This document shows, piece by piece, positions 9,316 to 18,705 of a stretch of DNA of 64,000 bases. Position 1 is the stretch's first letter. Each line of letters starts with the position of its first letter. Both the position numbers and the translations under genes were made by a program. The stretch comes from Moorena sp. SIO3A2 (GTDB lineage Bacteria > Cyanobacteriota > Cyanobacteriia > Cyanobacteriales > Coleofasciculaceae). The notes beneath the pieces are model-generated. The model was given only the letters and a program-made list of their open reading frames with translations. It was not told where the DNA came from and did not search any database. The stretch spans positions 6,161 through 70,160 of the forward strand of contig NZ_JAAHHC010000004.1 in assembly GCF_010672265.1 (NCBI RefSeq), given 5' to 3'.

Positions 9316-10386
9316 CTAGCGCTGTAAACTTCTGGGATCGAGAGCATCCCGCAAACCATCCCCAAGTAAATTAAACGCCAACACCGTCAGAATAATCAGC
9401 AGTGCTGGCGGCCAAATCAACCAAGGCTGTAGCACGATGATTGAGGCATTGGTTGCCAAAGACAACAAATTTCCCCAGGACGGGTCAGGTTGCTGAATTC
9501 CCAACCCAATCAAACTCAGCACCGACTCGGCCACAATGAAACCAGGAACTGCCAAGGTTGCTGAGATAATCACATAGGAAGCTGTCTGGGGTAGAACGTG
9601 GCGTACAATGATATAAAAGGGATTCGCCCCCATGGTTTTGGCAGCTTGGACAAATTCCCGCTCCTTAATCGATAACACCTGTCCTCGGATCACTCGTGCT
9701 AAGCCAGACCAGCTAATAAACGAGGTTATCAAAACAATTAACAAAAACCGTTGCGCACTAGTTAGACCAGGTGGTAGCACAGCCGCTAAGGCGACGAGTA
9801 GGTAAATACCAGGAATAGTCATCAAAACTTCTACCAGACGCATGATGATCCCATCTACCCAGCCGCCGAAATAGCCGGAAATTCCCCCAATGATTAGACC
9901 AAGGGGAAAGGAGATCGCAATTCCGACTAGACCAATACTAAGACTAATCCGACCCCCATACACCAAGCGACTAAACTGATCACGAGCTTGCTCATCGGTA
10001 CCTAATAGATTAATCTTCCCCTCACCCACCGTACCAAACAGGTGACGGTTGAAGGGAATCGCTCCAAACAACTTATACTCCCGACCTGGAACAAATAGAC
10101 CCACTGGCGACGGCTTTTGCCAGTCTACAATCAGTTTGCGATCGCCTGTCTCTAAATCCGTTGGTCCTTGGGTTGTGGGATATACATGGGGACCAATAAA
10201 CTCTTTGGTTTGCTGGTTACGCCAGTAGATCTTGGTAGGTGGTAGCAGGGAACCATCTGGCTGAGACACATAAGGATCATAGGGAGCAACAACATCTGCT
10301 GCAATGACAATTAGATAAAAAGTCAATAATAGCAATGCCCCAAAACGGGCGAGAGGGTTCTTGGTAAGTTTTTGCCACCAGTTCAT
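9316..10386 (-). CDS. ABC transporter permease, OppC/DppC-like (oligopeptide/dipeptide permease family)
   Basis: 356-aa ORF; N-terminal OppC-type segment; multi-TM permease core. Confidence 0.8.
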   Translation of the reverse strand: MNWWQKLTKNPLARFGALLLLTFYLIVIAADVVAPYDPYVSQPDGSLLPPTKIYWRNQQTKEFIGPHVYPTTQGPTDLETGDRKLIVDWQKPSPVGLFVPGREYKLFGAIPFNRHLFGTVGEGKINLLGTDEQARDQFSRLVYGGRISLSIGLVGIAISFPLGLIIGGISGYFGGWVDGIIMRLVEVLMTIPGIYLLVALAAVLPPGLTSAQRFLLIVLITSFISWSGLARVIRGQVLSIKEREFVQAAKTMGANPFYIIVRHVLPQTASYVIISATLAVPGFIVAESVLSLIGLGIQQPDPSWGNLLSLATNASIIVLQPWLIWPPALLIILTVLAFNLLGDGLRDALDPRSLQR

Positions 10387-10541
10387 AGGATTATTCCGAA
10401 AGCGCGAAAAGCACCTCGTGTTTACTTTGTATGGGCGTATCTTGCATTAGCTATGTTTCACCCATACAAAGATGGTATCGAAATCTGATCCAATCACCCT
10501 TCACTCAACACCCTTCACTCAACACCGTTCATAATTTCTGA

Positions 10542-11417
10542 TTATACATTAACCTTTTGTGTCATTTTCCCCAGTCCATTGTGATTGTGTGAGTGTTCGA
10601 CCACAAAGACATTGGAGAAGAGATTAGCCGTAATTTGTTGACCTTCCTGAGTTAAGGATAGGTAACGCAAGGCATCCTGAATATAAGGGTATACCCCATT
10701 CCAGTAAAACTTAGAGTAGCCTTGCCGCAGATCTCCAGGATGGAGGTACCCAATGGTTTTGTTAAATCCAGTTTCTTCAAACTCATAGAACAAAGCACTA
10801 GTTTTTTTGAGATAGCGTGGGTCACTCAGTTGACCAATCAAGTCAGAGGCGCGAATTAATCCAGGATAGTTACCTGTATCTTGATGATCCCCTTGCTTCG
10901 GCACAGGGAAACGAGTCAGTTCAATGTTGCGCTTGATAAACTCGGCATCAATCAGGTTGTGACCACCAAAGCGCTCATCAATAAATAATTTTGCCCGATC
11001 GACATGATAAGGCGTCAGAGCAGCATCGGTAGAGCCTTGGGGTAAATGAACCATCTCCCCATGTTGACCAGTAGCGTAGAGTCGTTCATTTTCTCGGTCT
11101 TGGCGACATACTCCTTTAACATAGCCAATATCATGACATGCCAAAGAAATGATAAAGTGTAACCAATCATCAGGAGTTACACCACCTTCACGGATATGTT
11201 TGCCTCGCAAAATCTCTTGTCCGACGAGGGTAACTAGGATGGAGTGTTCCACATTGTGATAGAGGGCATCACTGTTGGCAATATTTTCCATTGCCATGCT
11301 GCCAGCCCAAGCAATTATATCTTCGTTGTCAGGGTTGAGTCCCCCGTAAGTTCGGCGGTAGCCTTCCCGGAGTCTTATAACAAAGGCGTTAATTAGAATT
11401 TCAGTGGTGTTAAACAT
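10542..11417 (-). CDS. HD-domain metal-dependent phosphohydrolase-like protein
   Basis: 291-aa ORF; H...HD motif (HNVEHS ... CHDIGY). Confidence 0.55.
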   Translation of the reverse strand: MFNTTEILINAFVIRLREGYRRTYGGLNPDNEDIIAWAGSMAMENIANSDALYHNVEHSILVTLVGQEILRGKHIREGGVTPDDWLHFIISLACHDIGYVKGVCRQDRENERLYATGQHGEMVHLPQGSTDAALTPYHVDRAKLFIDERFGGHNLIDAEFIKRNIELTRFPVPKQGDHQDTGNYPGLIRASDLIGQLSDPRYLKKTSALFYEFEETGFNKTIGYLHPGDLRQGYSKFYWNGVYPYIQDALRYLSLTQEGQQITANLFSNVFVVEHSHNHNGLGKMTQKVNV

Positions 11418-11821
11418 GATTTTTGATTGACTTAAATGCTAAGACAAAGTCCAGTATTCCCATGACACTGGCTTAGTTTTACTAGTTTGGTAGATTTAAA
11501 TTTTTGGTAGTTTAACCTTTTGTATAGCTCGCTTAGGGTTAACACCTCAAAGCATTACTAAGTGATCCTTGGGCGCTATACTAGCAGCAATGGGGAAGGC
11601 TAATCTTTGTCTACAGCTTACCAAAAAGCCAAGCTGAAGGCCCCGATCAGATCCTGTCCGGGTAATTAACCTTAATAAAAATCTGCCCCATCTCCCTATC
11701 AATCTTCTTTATGATGGGTATTCTTGCGCACTTGATCTAGCAATGCTCAATCGGGTGAAGTACCTGACCCAATTAAGAACTGCTATAATACCAATAATAG
11801 TTAAATAATAGTTAAAGGTTT

Positions 11822-11893
11822 GCGGGTGTAATTCAGTGGTAGAATGTCAGCTTCCCAAGCTGAACGTCGTCGGTTCGAGTCCGATCACCCGCT
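11822..11893 (+). tRNA. tRNA-Gly (anticodon CCC)
   Basis: GCGGGTGTAATTCAGTGGTAGAAT...CTTCCCAAG anticodon loop...GGTTCGAGTCCGATCACCCGCT; cloverleaf nearly identical to bacterial tRNA-Gly(CCC). Confidence 0.9.
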
Positions 11894-12126
11894 TGTTGAT
11901 TTGTAAGCATTCAGCGGTCAGCTAATGCGCTACGGGCACGCTGTCTTGATGGGGAGCAGGTCAAATAAGCCTAACAAATGAACTACTTGACAAAACAACA
12001 AAAATCATGTTATTGAGCCGGTCTTAGTTGCAGAACAGATGAACTATTTACCAGATCAGCTTGGCTTTTACCCATGAGGGGGCTATAGATAATGTACAAA
12101 TATTAGGCATTAGTGACATGCTCCCC

Positions 12127-12246
12127 CTATTACCTATTACCTATTACCCATTACCCATTACCCATCACCCATTACCCATTCCCCATTCCCCATTCCCCAT
12201 TCCCCATTCCCCATTCCCCATTCCCCATTCCCCATTCCCCATTCCC
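12127..12246. repeat. TTACCCA / TTCCCCA heptamer tandem array (about 17 copies)
   Basis: Direct reading. Confidence 0.9.
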
Positions 12247-12868
12247 TCTAACTCTAGGCGAATTTTGTTCAGAGATTTGTTAACTAATTTTATGACATGA
12301 AATCTATCTATTCCCAGATTAGCATTTGCGCTACGCGCACGCTACGCGAACGGAAAAACTTCCTTGACAACTTTCTGAAATCCACCCCACATATCTACAC
12401 TGACTTCTTTGATTTTTCCCCTGATTGCAATAGGTTGCTCCTTGAGTACTTCTATAATTTCTTCACTCTTATGAGAGTCAATTACTTATAATAAATAACT
12501 GTTATCAATATCACAAACAACGGTAACAAATTTTATTTTTCCTTTTGCTCGACTAAATTCATCTATATTTAACCGTTGTGGAGTTACCCAGTATTTTTTT
12601 TTGCTTATGGATTATTTTAAAAATTTTTTCGACTTTTTCTTGACTTAATTGTTCATTTTTGCTTACTTGTGCCACTGTTAATTCTTGAACTTTATTATAG
12701 ATATATTATTCATCCATTTTTGTATAATTACGACCCATTTATATAAAGCTTAAAGGTTCAGTTGAGTAGTTTTGACAGTGACAACAATAAAATTGACGAC
12801 GAGGCACTTGTAAGTATACTCCTTGCCCACATATAGCGGTTTTTAATCTAGTAAGGTACAAGTTTTTG

Positions 12869-12914
12869 AGGTGCGACCCGTGGCGAATTTAATTCGCCAA
12901 CGGAAAGCGCACCT
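12869..12914. mobile_element. Copy B of the palindromic MITE-like element (near-consensus copy AGGTGCGACCCGTGGCGAATTTAATTCGCCAACGGAAAGCGCACCT)
   Basis: Terminal inverted repeats AGGTGCG/CGCACCT with an internal palindrome GGCGAATT|TAATTCGCC. Confidence 0.65.
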
Positions 12915-12922
12915 AAGGTTTT

Positions 12923-12971
12923 AGGGAGCAGGGAGCAGGAAGCAGGGAAGAGGGAAGAGGGAAGAGGGAAA
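12923..12971. repeat. GGGAGCA/GGGAAGA heptamer tandem repeat
   Basis: Direct reading. Confidence 0.8.
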
Positions 12972-13186
12972 AAAATATGTGTACCTGATGAGGCTAAAAA
13001 GCGCTATATGGATAAATCTCGCACTAAAATTGGTCGATTTTGATTAATGTCATTCGTATAAATTTGACACTTAGGACAGTTAATTACTTCATTTAATAAA
13101 TCCAAATTCAATATTATAAATTATTCTTTTTTATAAGAAGTGAACACGGTTACATTCGGTAAATTTAACAAAGTATAGCAGAAGTC

Positions 13187-13214
13187 AGAAGTCAGAAGTC
13201 AGAAGTCAGAAGTT
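13187..13214. repeat. CAGAAGT heptamer tandem repeat (reverse complement of the GACTTCT family)
   Basis: Direct reading. Confidence 0.8.
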
Positions 13215-13633
13215 AAACTCTTGCCATACTGTAGTTTGAGACTTTTGTCATGTCCTAATTACCCTGGCGACTGCTATATCTAGATGAAAGTCCATCCGTC
13301 GGTTAACAGCATTTAGTATTACTAGCTACATTTTACACCATATTGCCGGAAGAGCCATTCCGGTCTAAAATTTGTTTTAACATCTTGAAATAGACTTGGT
13401 TGGTTACCTTTTCAAGCAGCTATATAATCCTTGCCACTGTTGACGATAAATTCACAAGTTTTTTTTGGGTATTAATAGCATCATTGGCATTGACAACTCC
13501 TTTTAGAGCCAGTTTCTTGAGCAACTCTGGTAAAGCTTTAATTTCGTTGGTTTTGGCATCAACTTCAAAGGGTTCTAAAATCAAGCCCCGCTCAACAATG
13601 TAAGAACTGACCAACATAATTGCTGGGTTTGAA

Positions 13634-13729
13634 GTTACCGTAAGAGAGGGTCGCCTTTATAGGAACAGGTTATGGGTAATAGTTTTAAGTTATATGAAAT
13701 AAGGCGACCCTCTCTAAGGTTTCGTCTCC
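13634..13729 (+). mobile_element. Hairpin element H1: GTTACCGTAAG-[19-bp stem AGAGGGTCGCCTTTAT...ATAAGGCGACCCTCT]-CTAAGGTTTCGTCTCC; IS200/IS605-like palindromic miniature element
   Basis: Direct reading; the same architecture occurs at 4 more loci, including one inside the tnpB pseudogene. Confidence 0.6.
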
Positions 13730-13885
13730 TTGGGAGTCGGAATTGGGATTATCGTTTTCAATCTGATCTGAACCTTTAAGGACTTTGCCGTCTAAGCCAA
13801 TGGTTTCTCCAGAAGCTGGTTGTACATTCAAGAATGCGCGCAAGGCACATCGAATACTCTTCGTAATTAATATACAATAAAACAC

Positions 13886-13936
13886 GACGTAAGTAGGTGG
13901 GCTTAATAAGGCGACCCTCTCTAAGGTTTCGTCTCC
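13886..13936 (+). mobile_element. Degenerate/partial copy H2 of the hairpin element (right half ATAAGGCGACCCTCTCTAAGGTTTCGTCTCC intact)
   Basis: Direct reading. Confidence 0.45.
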
Positions 13937-13970
13937 GGGAAGGCTTTTGAAACGGCAAGAAGGGTTTGAA

Positions 13971-14068
13971 GTTACCCTAAGATAGGGTAACTTCAAACGT
14001 TGGTAGGTTATGGGTAAAAGGTAACGGCGCTTTTGTAGTAAGGCGACCCTATCTTAGGTTTCGTTTCC
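13971..14068 (+). mobile_element. Degenerate copy H3 of the hairpin element (GTTACCCTAAG...TAAGGCGACCCTATCTTAGGTTTCGTTTCC)
   Basis: Direct reading; loop shares GGTTATGGGTAA with H1. Confidence 0.45.
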
Positions 14069-14310
14069 GGAAATGCACTCCGCAGTGGTCTTACCTTCGG
14101 CGTAGCCGACGCTTCGCGAACAGAGATGGAGATTTGTTGGAAAAGCACCATATAATACCACGCGCACTGGATGGAAATAATTCAGACAAAAATCTCGAAT
14201 TATTACACCTACATTGCCATGATGCCAAACACGGAAGCAAAACCAACTCAAAAGAGTTAGATGAAAATCCGTTCTAGAGGAGCCAATGTCAAGGATTGTA
14301 CTGTAATGAT

Positions 14311-14345
14311 GAGCCGTATGATGCGAAAGTATCACGTACGTTTTT
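14311..14345 (+). ncRNA. Sequence resembling group II intron domain V (GAGCCGTATGATGCGAAAGTATCACGTACGTTTTT), probably a fragment of an intron with no maturase gene
   Basis: GAGC...GAAA tetraloop...ACGUACG pattern with an AC bulge, matching the domain V consensus GAGCCGUAUGCG-GAAA-CGCACGUACGG apart from one mismatch; lies in a non-coding region. Confidence 0.35.
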
Positions 14346-14543
14346 GAAGACGAGTCAGAGGTGACTCACTGGCTTAGTTTAATGAAGCCCGCGCTGTACC
14401 GTGCTTGTCAGCGTCGGGAGTATGTCACTAGAAAACCATTTCATCCCCGCTTTCCCTAAGGTATAGCAGAAGTCATTTGTCAGAAGTCAAACTCTTGCGC
14501 TTCTTGATGCAATAGCGAGTGGGGGAAACCCCCAAGACCGCTT

Positions 14544-14589
14544 AGGTGCGCTTTCCGTTGGCGAATTAAATTCGCCACGGGTCGCACCT
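14544..14589. mobile_element. Copy C of the palindromic MITE-like element (reverse orientation)
   Basis: AGGTGCGCTTTCCGTTGGCGAATTAAATTCGCCACGGGTCGCACCT. Confidence 0.65.
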
Positions 14590-15164
14590 CTGCATCGCTT
14601 ACAAAGGGTGTGAGACTAATGTCGATGTCCTAACTGCCCTGGCGACTGCTATAGCAATAGAGTGGCGGGCTGCTGCTTTCGATATCGATTTTGTAGGAGT
14701 ATGGCTGGTCAGCTCACTCCTGATCAAAAATACTCTTGGCTTTTATATGTTGCAGATGCTCATCTTCCTGTTGCTCTGGCTAGTTACGGTAGTCGTGCTA
14801 TTATACACCAATCCGGCTCAGAGTTTAGGGTAGTGGGCTTTCGGTTATCTTGATTCTTGAGGTTAGATTCGTTACCCTTGCACCGGTTACTGACTCTAAC
14901 TAAACTGGAGAGCATGGTTGGCTTCGCTGCACTAAAGCGCGATGATGATTGGCTTGATTGGTCTAGCTAATCGCATTTCAAGGATACTACTGTGGGCTGC
15001 CCTTGTCAGTGACCAGATTGCCCTGCACGATGATGGTGCCAACAAGGCGTGAGGTTTTTCCCGAGACTTGAGCAATTTTGCATCTACTTGATAGACTGGG
15101 GCATCCCATGAGATAATAGTAAATTGTGTTTAATTGTAATATTTGAGTTCTTAGAAAAAAAACT

Positions 15165-15359
15165 ATGGCAAGTAAGAAAGGTGTCCGAATCGTTATTACT
15201 CTAGAATGTACTGAATGTCGCAGTTACTCCAATAAGCGCTCGGCTGGTGTTTCCCGCTATACCACTAGGAAGAATCGCCGTAACACATCATCACGTCTGG
15301 AACTGAAGAAATTTTGCACCCATTGCAACAAGCACATGATTCACAAAGAAATCAAATAG
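15165..15359 (+). CDS. rpmG: 50S ribosomal protein L33
   Basis: 64 aa; [15 protein letters not shown]...[11 protein letters not shown]...LELKKFC matches L33. Confidence 0.9.
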   Translation: MASKKGVRIVITLECTECRSYSNKRSAGVSRYTTRKNRRNTSSRLELKKFCTHCNKHMIHKEIK

Positions 15360-15660
15360 ATTTGGTCCTTGGTCATTTGTGAATTGAATTTGTTAATTGA
15401 AAATGGACTATTGACAAAGAACAAGCAACAAAGAACAAGTATTCAGCTTATGTGCTACGCACACGCGTGCGCGTTCAGCGGTCAGCTATCAGCGGTCAGC
15501 TCAAGTAACTCAGCTTAAACCAATGCTTACCTGTTTTATTGTAAGCATTCAGTGGTCAGCCGTGAACATTGGCCTTTGAGTCACGCTACGCGAATGGCTC
15601 ACTCTACTTCAGGTGCCGTCAGAATAAAAGAAACCTAAGCAGCTTAAGTAGCGTGCTAAT

Positions 15661-15737
15661 AGCTCATAAGCTGATAACTGATAGCCCATAAGCTGATAAC
15701 TGATAACTGATAGCTGATAGCTGATAGCTGATAGCTG
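15661..15737. repeat. GATAGCT/GATAACT heptamer tandem array in the rpmG-rpsR intergenic region
   Basis: Direct reading. Confidence 0.8.
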
Positions 15738-15812
15738 AATACTTACCAAAGAACAAATGACTATAATCAGTAACCAGTAACCTAAATAACCAATCACCAA
15801 TCACAACCAATC

Positions 15813-16028
15813 ATGACTTACTTTCGTAAACGTCTCTCTCCGATCAAACCCGATGAACCGATCGACTATAAAGATGTTGAGTTGCTGCGCAAGTTTATCA
15901 CTGAACGGGGAAAAATCCTACCCCGCCGCATTACTAATCTAACGACTCAACAACAACGAAAGCTAACCACAGCCATTAAGCGAGCAAGGTTCTTGGCTTT
16001 GCTACCCTATATTAATAAAGAAGGTTAA
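15813..16028 (+). CDS. rpsR: 30S ribosomal protein S18
   Basis: 71 aa; [50 protein letters not shown] matches S18. Confidence 0.9.
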   Translation: MTYFRKRLSPIKPDEPIDYKDVELLRKFITERGKILPRRITNLTTQQQRKLTTAIKRARFLALLPYINKEG

Positions 16029-16089
16029 GGTGAACAATCACGGTCTTCCTCTGGGATATTTCCCGTGTGAAGAATGAAATATCAAATAA

Positions 16090-16121
16090 GAAGGATGAAG
16101 GATGAAGGATGAAGGATGAAA
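16090..16121. repeat. GAAGGAT heptamer tandem repeat
   Basis: Direct reading. Confidence 0.8.
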
Positions 16122-16250
16122 TGGGGTGATCGATGGCTGAGGCGCGCGATGCAGTGGCCTCACGGGGAATTCCCCCACTCGCGCTCTGCATCAAGACATG
16201 GTTAACTAAAAACTTGCGACCCAACCAGGAGTTACACTGACCACTGACAA

Positions 16251-16281
16251 CTTCAGACTTCAGACTTCAGACTTTAGACTT
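16251..16281. repeat. CAGACTT heptamer tandem repeat
   Basis: Direct reading. Confidence 0.8.
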
Positions 16282-16371
16282 GACCCCGTCTGCTGAGTTG
16301 GGTATCTCAACAACACAGGATAGACTGGGGGGAGGTGGATTTGGTAAACGCTACCCGGGTTATCAGAACTG

Positions 16372-18429
16372 GTGGAAAAGGGAACACTAATCGAATTTCG
16401 CTTACAAGGAGAACGCCATCTCGCTGTTGTCGATCGTCCAGAGGGCAAGAACCACTTGATTGCTTTGGATCAACGGGGGAAACTGCACAAGCTCCATCCT
16501 CGACAAGTCACCTACACAGTGGCAGATTCTACTTATGAGCCATCACAAATACCAGAGTTTATTGCTCGAGTACAACCCTATCTAGACCCAGATAGCTTAG
16601 AATTAGCTTGGGAATTACTGGTGGAAGAAGGAGAGGCGGTTACCTGTGCTGACATGGCACAGTTATTATTTTCTGAGCAAAGTCCACCCCAGTGCTATGC
16701 GGCACACTGTATTCTGTTTGAAGACAAAATCTATTTTAAACAAAAAGCACAAACCTATGAACCCCGCTCCGCTAGCATGGTGGCTGAAATCAAGCATCAA
16801 CTGGCAGCGGCTCAATCAAAGCACCAGGAACAAGAAGAATTTTTGAAGCGAGTACAGCAAAAGTTAGGGGGTGAGCAAGTAGAGTGGGTTGATAGCGATC
16901 GCACTCGCTTTGATGCTCTAGAACGGTTCGTTAGTGAACCAGATAAACCATCTCGTGCAGTTCAGGAAACTCTGGAAGCACTAAAACGCCCTCAAAACCC
17001 AGAAAATGCCTTCGATTTATTGATAAATTTGGGTTTGTGGCGTCCTCACCAGAAGTACTTGCTGCGTCATAAAATCCCAACTCAATTTCGTCGTGAGGTA
17101 CTCGAATTGACCCAGCAATACCTGGCAAATCCTCCTACTGACCCAGATTCAGATCGCTTGGATTTAACTCATCTGAAACTCTACACCATAGATGATGAAA
17201 GTACCCAAGAAATAGATGATGGTTTGAGTATAGAAGATCTAGAGGATGGCACTCAGCGTCTGTGGATTCACATCGCTGACCCAACCCGCTTGGTAATGCC
17301 AGGGGATAATCTTGACCTAGAAGCACGACGGCGTAGTACCACCATATATCTACCCACGGGCATGATTCCCATGTTCCCATCGGAACTGGCAACTGGTCCA
17401 ATGAGTTTGGTTCAAGGTCAAGTCTGTGGCGCACTCAGTTTTGGCGTGATCTTGGATCAAGATGGTGCCATCTATGACTATCAGATTCACCCCAGCCTGA
17501 TTAAACCCACCTATCGCCTGACTTATGAAGATGTAGATGAAATGTTGCAGTTAGGGGTACAGGCAGAAACAGAACTGTTTGCGATCGCTAACTTGGCTGT
17601 GCGTCGGCAAAAGTGGCGCAAGTCTCAGGGGGCGATTAGCATCCATATGCCAGAGTCGGTAATCAAGGTGGGAAATGATGACCAAATTACCATTGAGGTG
17701 TTAGAAGATTCACCATCACGGCAAATGGTGGCAGAAATGATGATTCTGGCAGGTGAAGTGGCTGGACGCTATGGTCAAGCGCACCAAATTCCACTACCAT
17801 TCCGAGGACAACCCCAGCCAGAACTTCCATCCCAAGAAGAACTGCTGCTATTGCCAGCCGGTCCAGTGCGGTTCTGTGCCATGCGTCGGTGTATGCCTAG
17901 AAGCGAAATGAGCATTACCCCAACACGCCACGCTAGTTTGGCTTTGGAAACTTACACCCAGGTAACCTCTCCGATCCGCCGCTACACTGACTTAATGACT
18001 CATTTCCAGCTGAAAGCTCATCTACGGGGTGACCCCCTACCCTTTGAAGCTGAAGATTTGCTCGAAACGATGCAGAGTGTAACCAGAACAGCTAAGGATG
18101 CTAGTGAAGTAGAACGTGATACCAACAAATATTGGGGATTGGAATATTTGCGGCGTAACCCGAATCAGGTTTGGCAAGTATTAGTACTCAGTTGGTGGCG
18201 AGAAAACGAGAATAAGGGCAACATTCTCCTAGAAGAGTTAGGTCTAGAATTGCCCATGCGTTTCCAGCGTTCGGTTCAATTAGGCGATCGCTTACACGTC
18301 AAAGTCAGTCATGCTGATCCCCGTAAAGAAGTTATTCATTTTCAAGAACTAGCGAACTCAGAGGCTCAGCTTCCTTTTAACTCAAAGCTAGAAGATGGCT
18401 CAGCTTCTGCTGTGAACAGATTCGCGTAA
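16372..18429 (+). CDS. RNase II/RNase R family 3'-5' exoribonuclease (RNB domain)
   Basis: 685-aa ORF; RNB catalytic region (TIDDESTQEIDDGLSI, TSPIRRYTDL); downstream of rpmG-rpsR as in other cyanobacteria. Confidence 0.85.
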   Translation: MEKGTLIEFRLQGERHLAVVDRPEGKNHLIALDQRGKLHKLHPRQVTYTVADSTYEPSQIPEFIARVQPYLDPDSLELAWELLVEEGEAVTCADMAQLLFSEQSPPQCYAAHCILFEDKIYFKQKAQTYEPRSASMVAEIKHQLAAAQSKHQEQEEFLKRVQQKLGGEQVEWVDSDRTRFDALERFVSEPDKPSRAVQETLEALKRPQNPENAFDLLINLGLWRPHQKYLLRHKIPTQFRREVLELTQQYLANPPTDPDSDRLDLTHLKLYTIDDESTQEIDDGLSIEDLEDGTQRLWIHIADPTRLVMPGDNLDLEARRRSTTIYLPTGMIPMFPSELATGPMSLVQGQVCGALSFGVILDQDGAIYDYQIHPSLIKPTYRLTYEDVDEMLQLGVQAETELFAIANLAVRRQKWRKSQGAISIHMPESVIKVGNDDQITIEVLEDSPSRQMVAEMMILAGEVAGRYGQAHQIPLPFRGQPQPELPSQEELLLLPAGPVRFCAMRRCMPRSEMSITPTRHASLALETYTQVTSPIRRYTDLMTHFQLKAHLRGDPLPFEAEDLLETMQSVTRTAKDASEVERDTNKYWGLEYLRRNPNQVWQVLVLSWWRENENKGNILLEELGLELPMRFQRSVQLGDRLHVKVSHADPRKEVIHFQELANSEAQLPFNSKLEDGSASAVNRFA

Positions 18430-18591
18430 ATCTCTGTCCTTTTATAAAAATCCCCCAAAGCCGAAAACCCCGTGTCTAATGACCGGGGATGAAGGCTCAC
18501 AGCGGCTTGACGCGCCTAGAAAAATATTTCAGGAAAATCCGGAATTTTAGTCTGGATGTTGTAAAATAAGGGAGTGAACAGTTTAGGTCCC

Positions 18592-18687
18592 AGACGAAAC
18601 CTTAGAATAGGGTCGCCTTTATGGTTTGTCGGCTATGGAAAAAGGGTTAAAACTGTTGTTATAAGGCGACCCTATTCTTACGGTAAC
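18592..18687 (-). mobile_element. Hairpin element H4 (reverse orientation) just upstream of tnpB; probable left-end subterminal palindrome of the IS200/IS605-family element
   Basis: GACGAAACCTTAG-[AATAGGGTCGCCTTTAT...ATAAGGCGACCCTATT]-CTTACGGTAAC; loop about 90% identical to the loop of H5. Confidence 0.55.
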
Positions 18688-18705
18688 TTTAAGAAGCTGA
18701 TGATC

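Noticed and set aside
12061-12300. 79-aa ORF (PITHHPLPIPHSPF repeats)
   Set aside because: Translation of the TTACCCA/TTCCCCA heptamer array.
13685-13996. 103-aa and 60-aa ORFs on the minus strand containing GDETLERVAL twice
   Set aside because: Both reading frames run through hairpin-element copies (the repeated peptide is the repeated DNA); no coding signal.
14054-14335. 93-aa minus-strand ORF
   Set aside because: Lies in the region interpreted as a group II intron remnant; no motif; probably spurious.
18574-18705. Longer N-terminal extension of TnpB starting at 18574
   Set aside because: The extension reads through the hairpin element H4, the left end of the IS; the TnpB-like sequence begins near the ATG at 18706.
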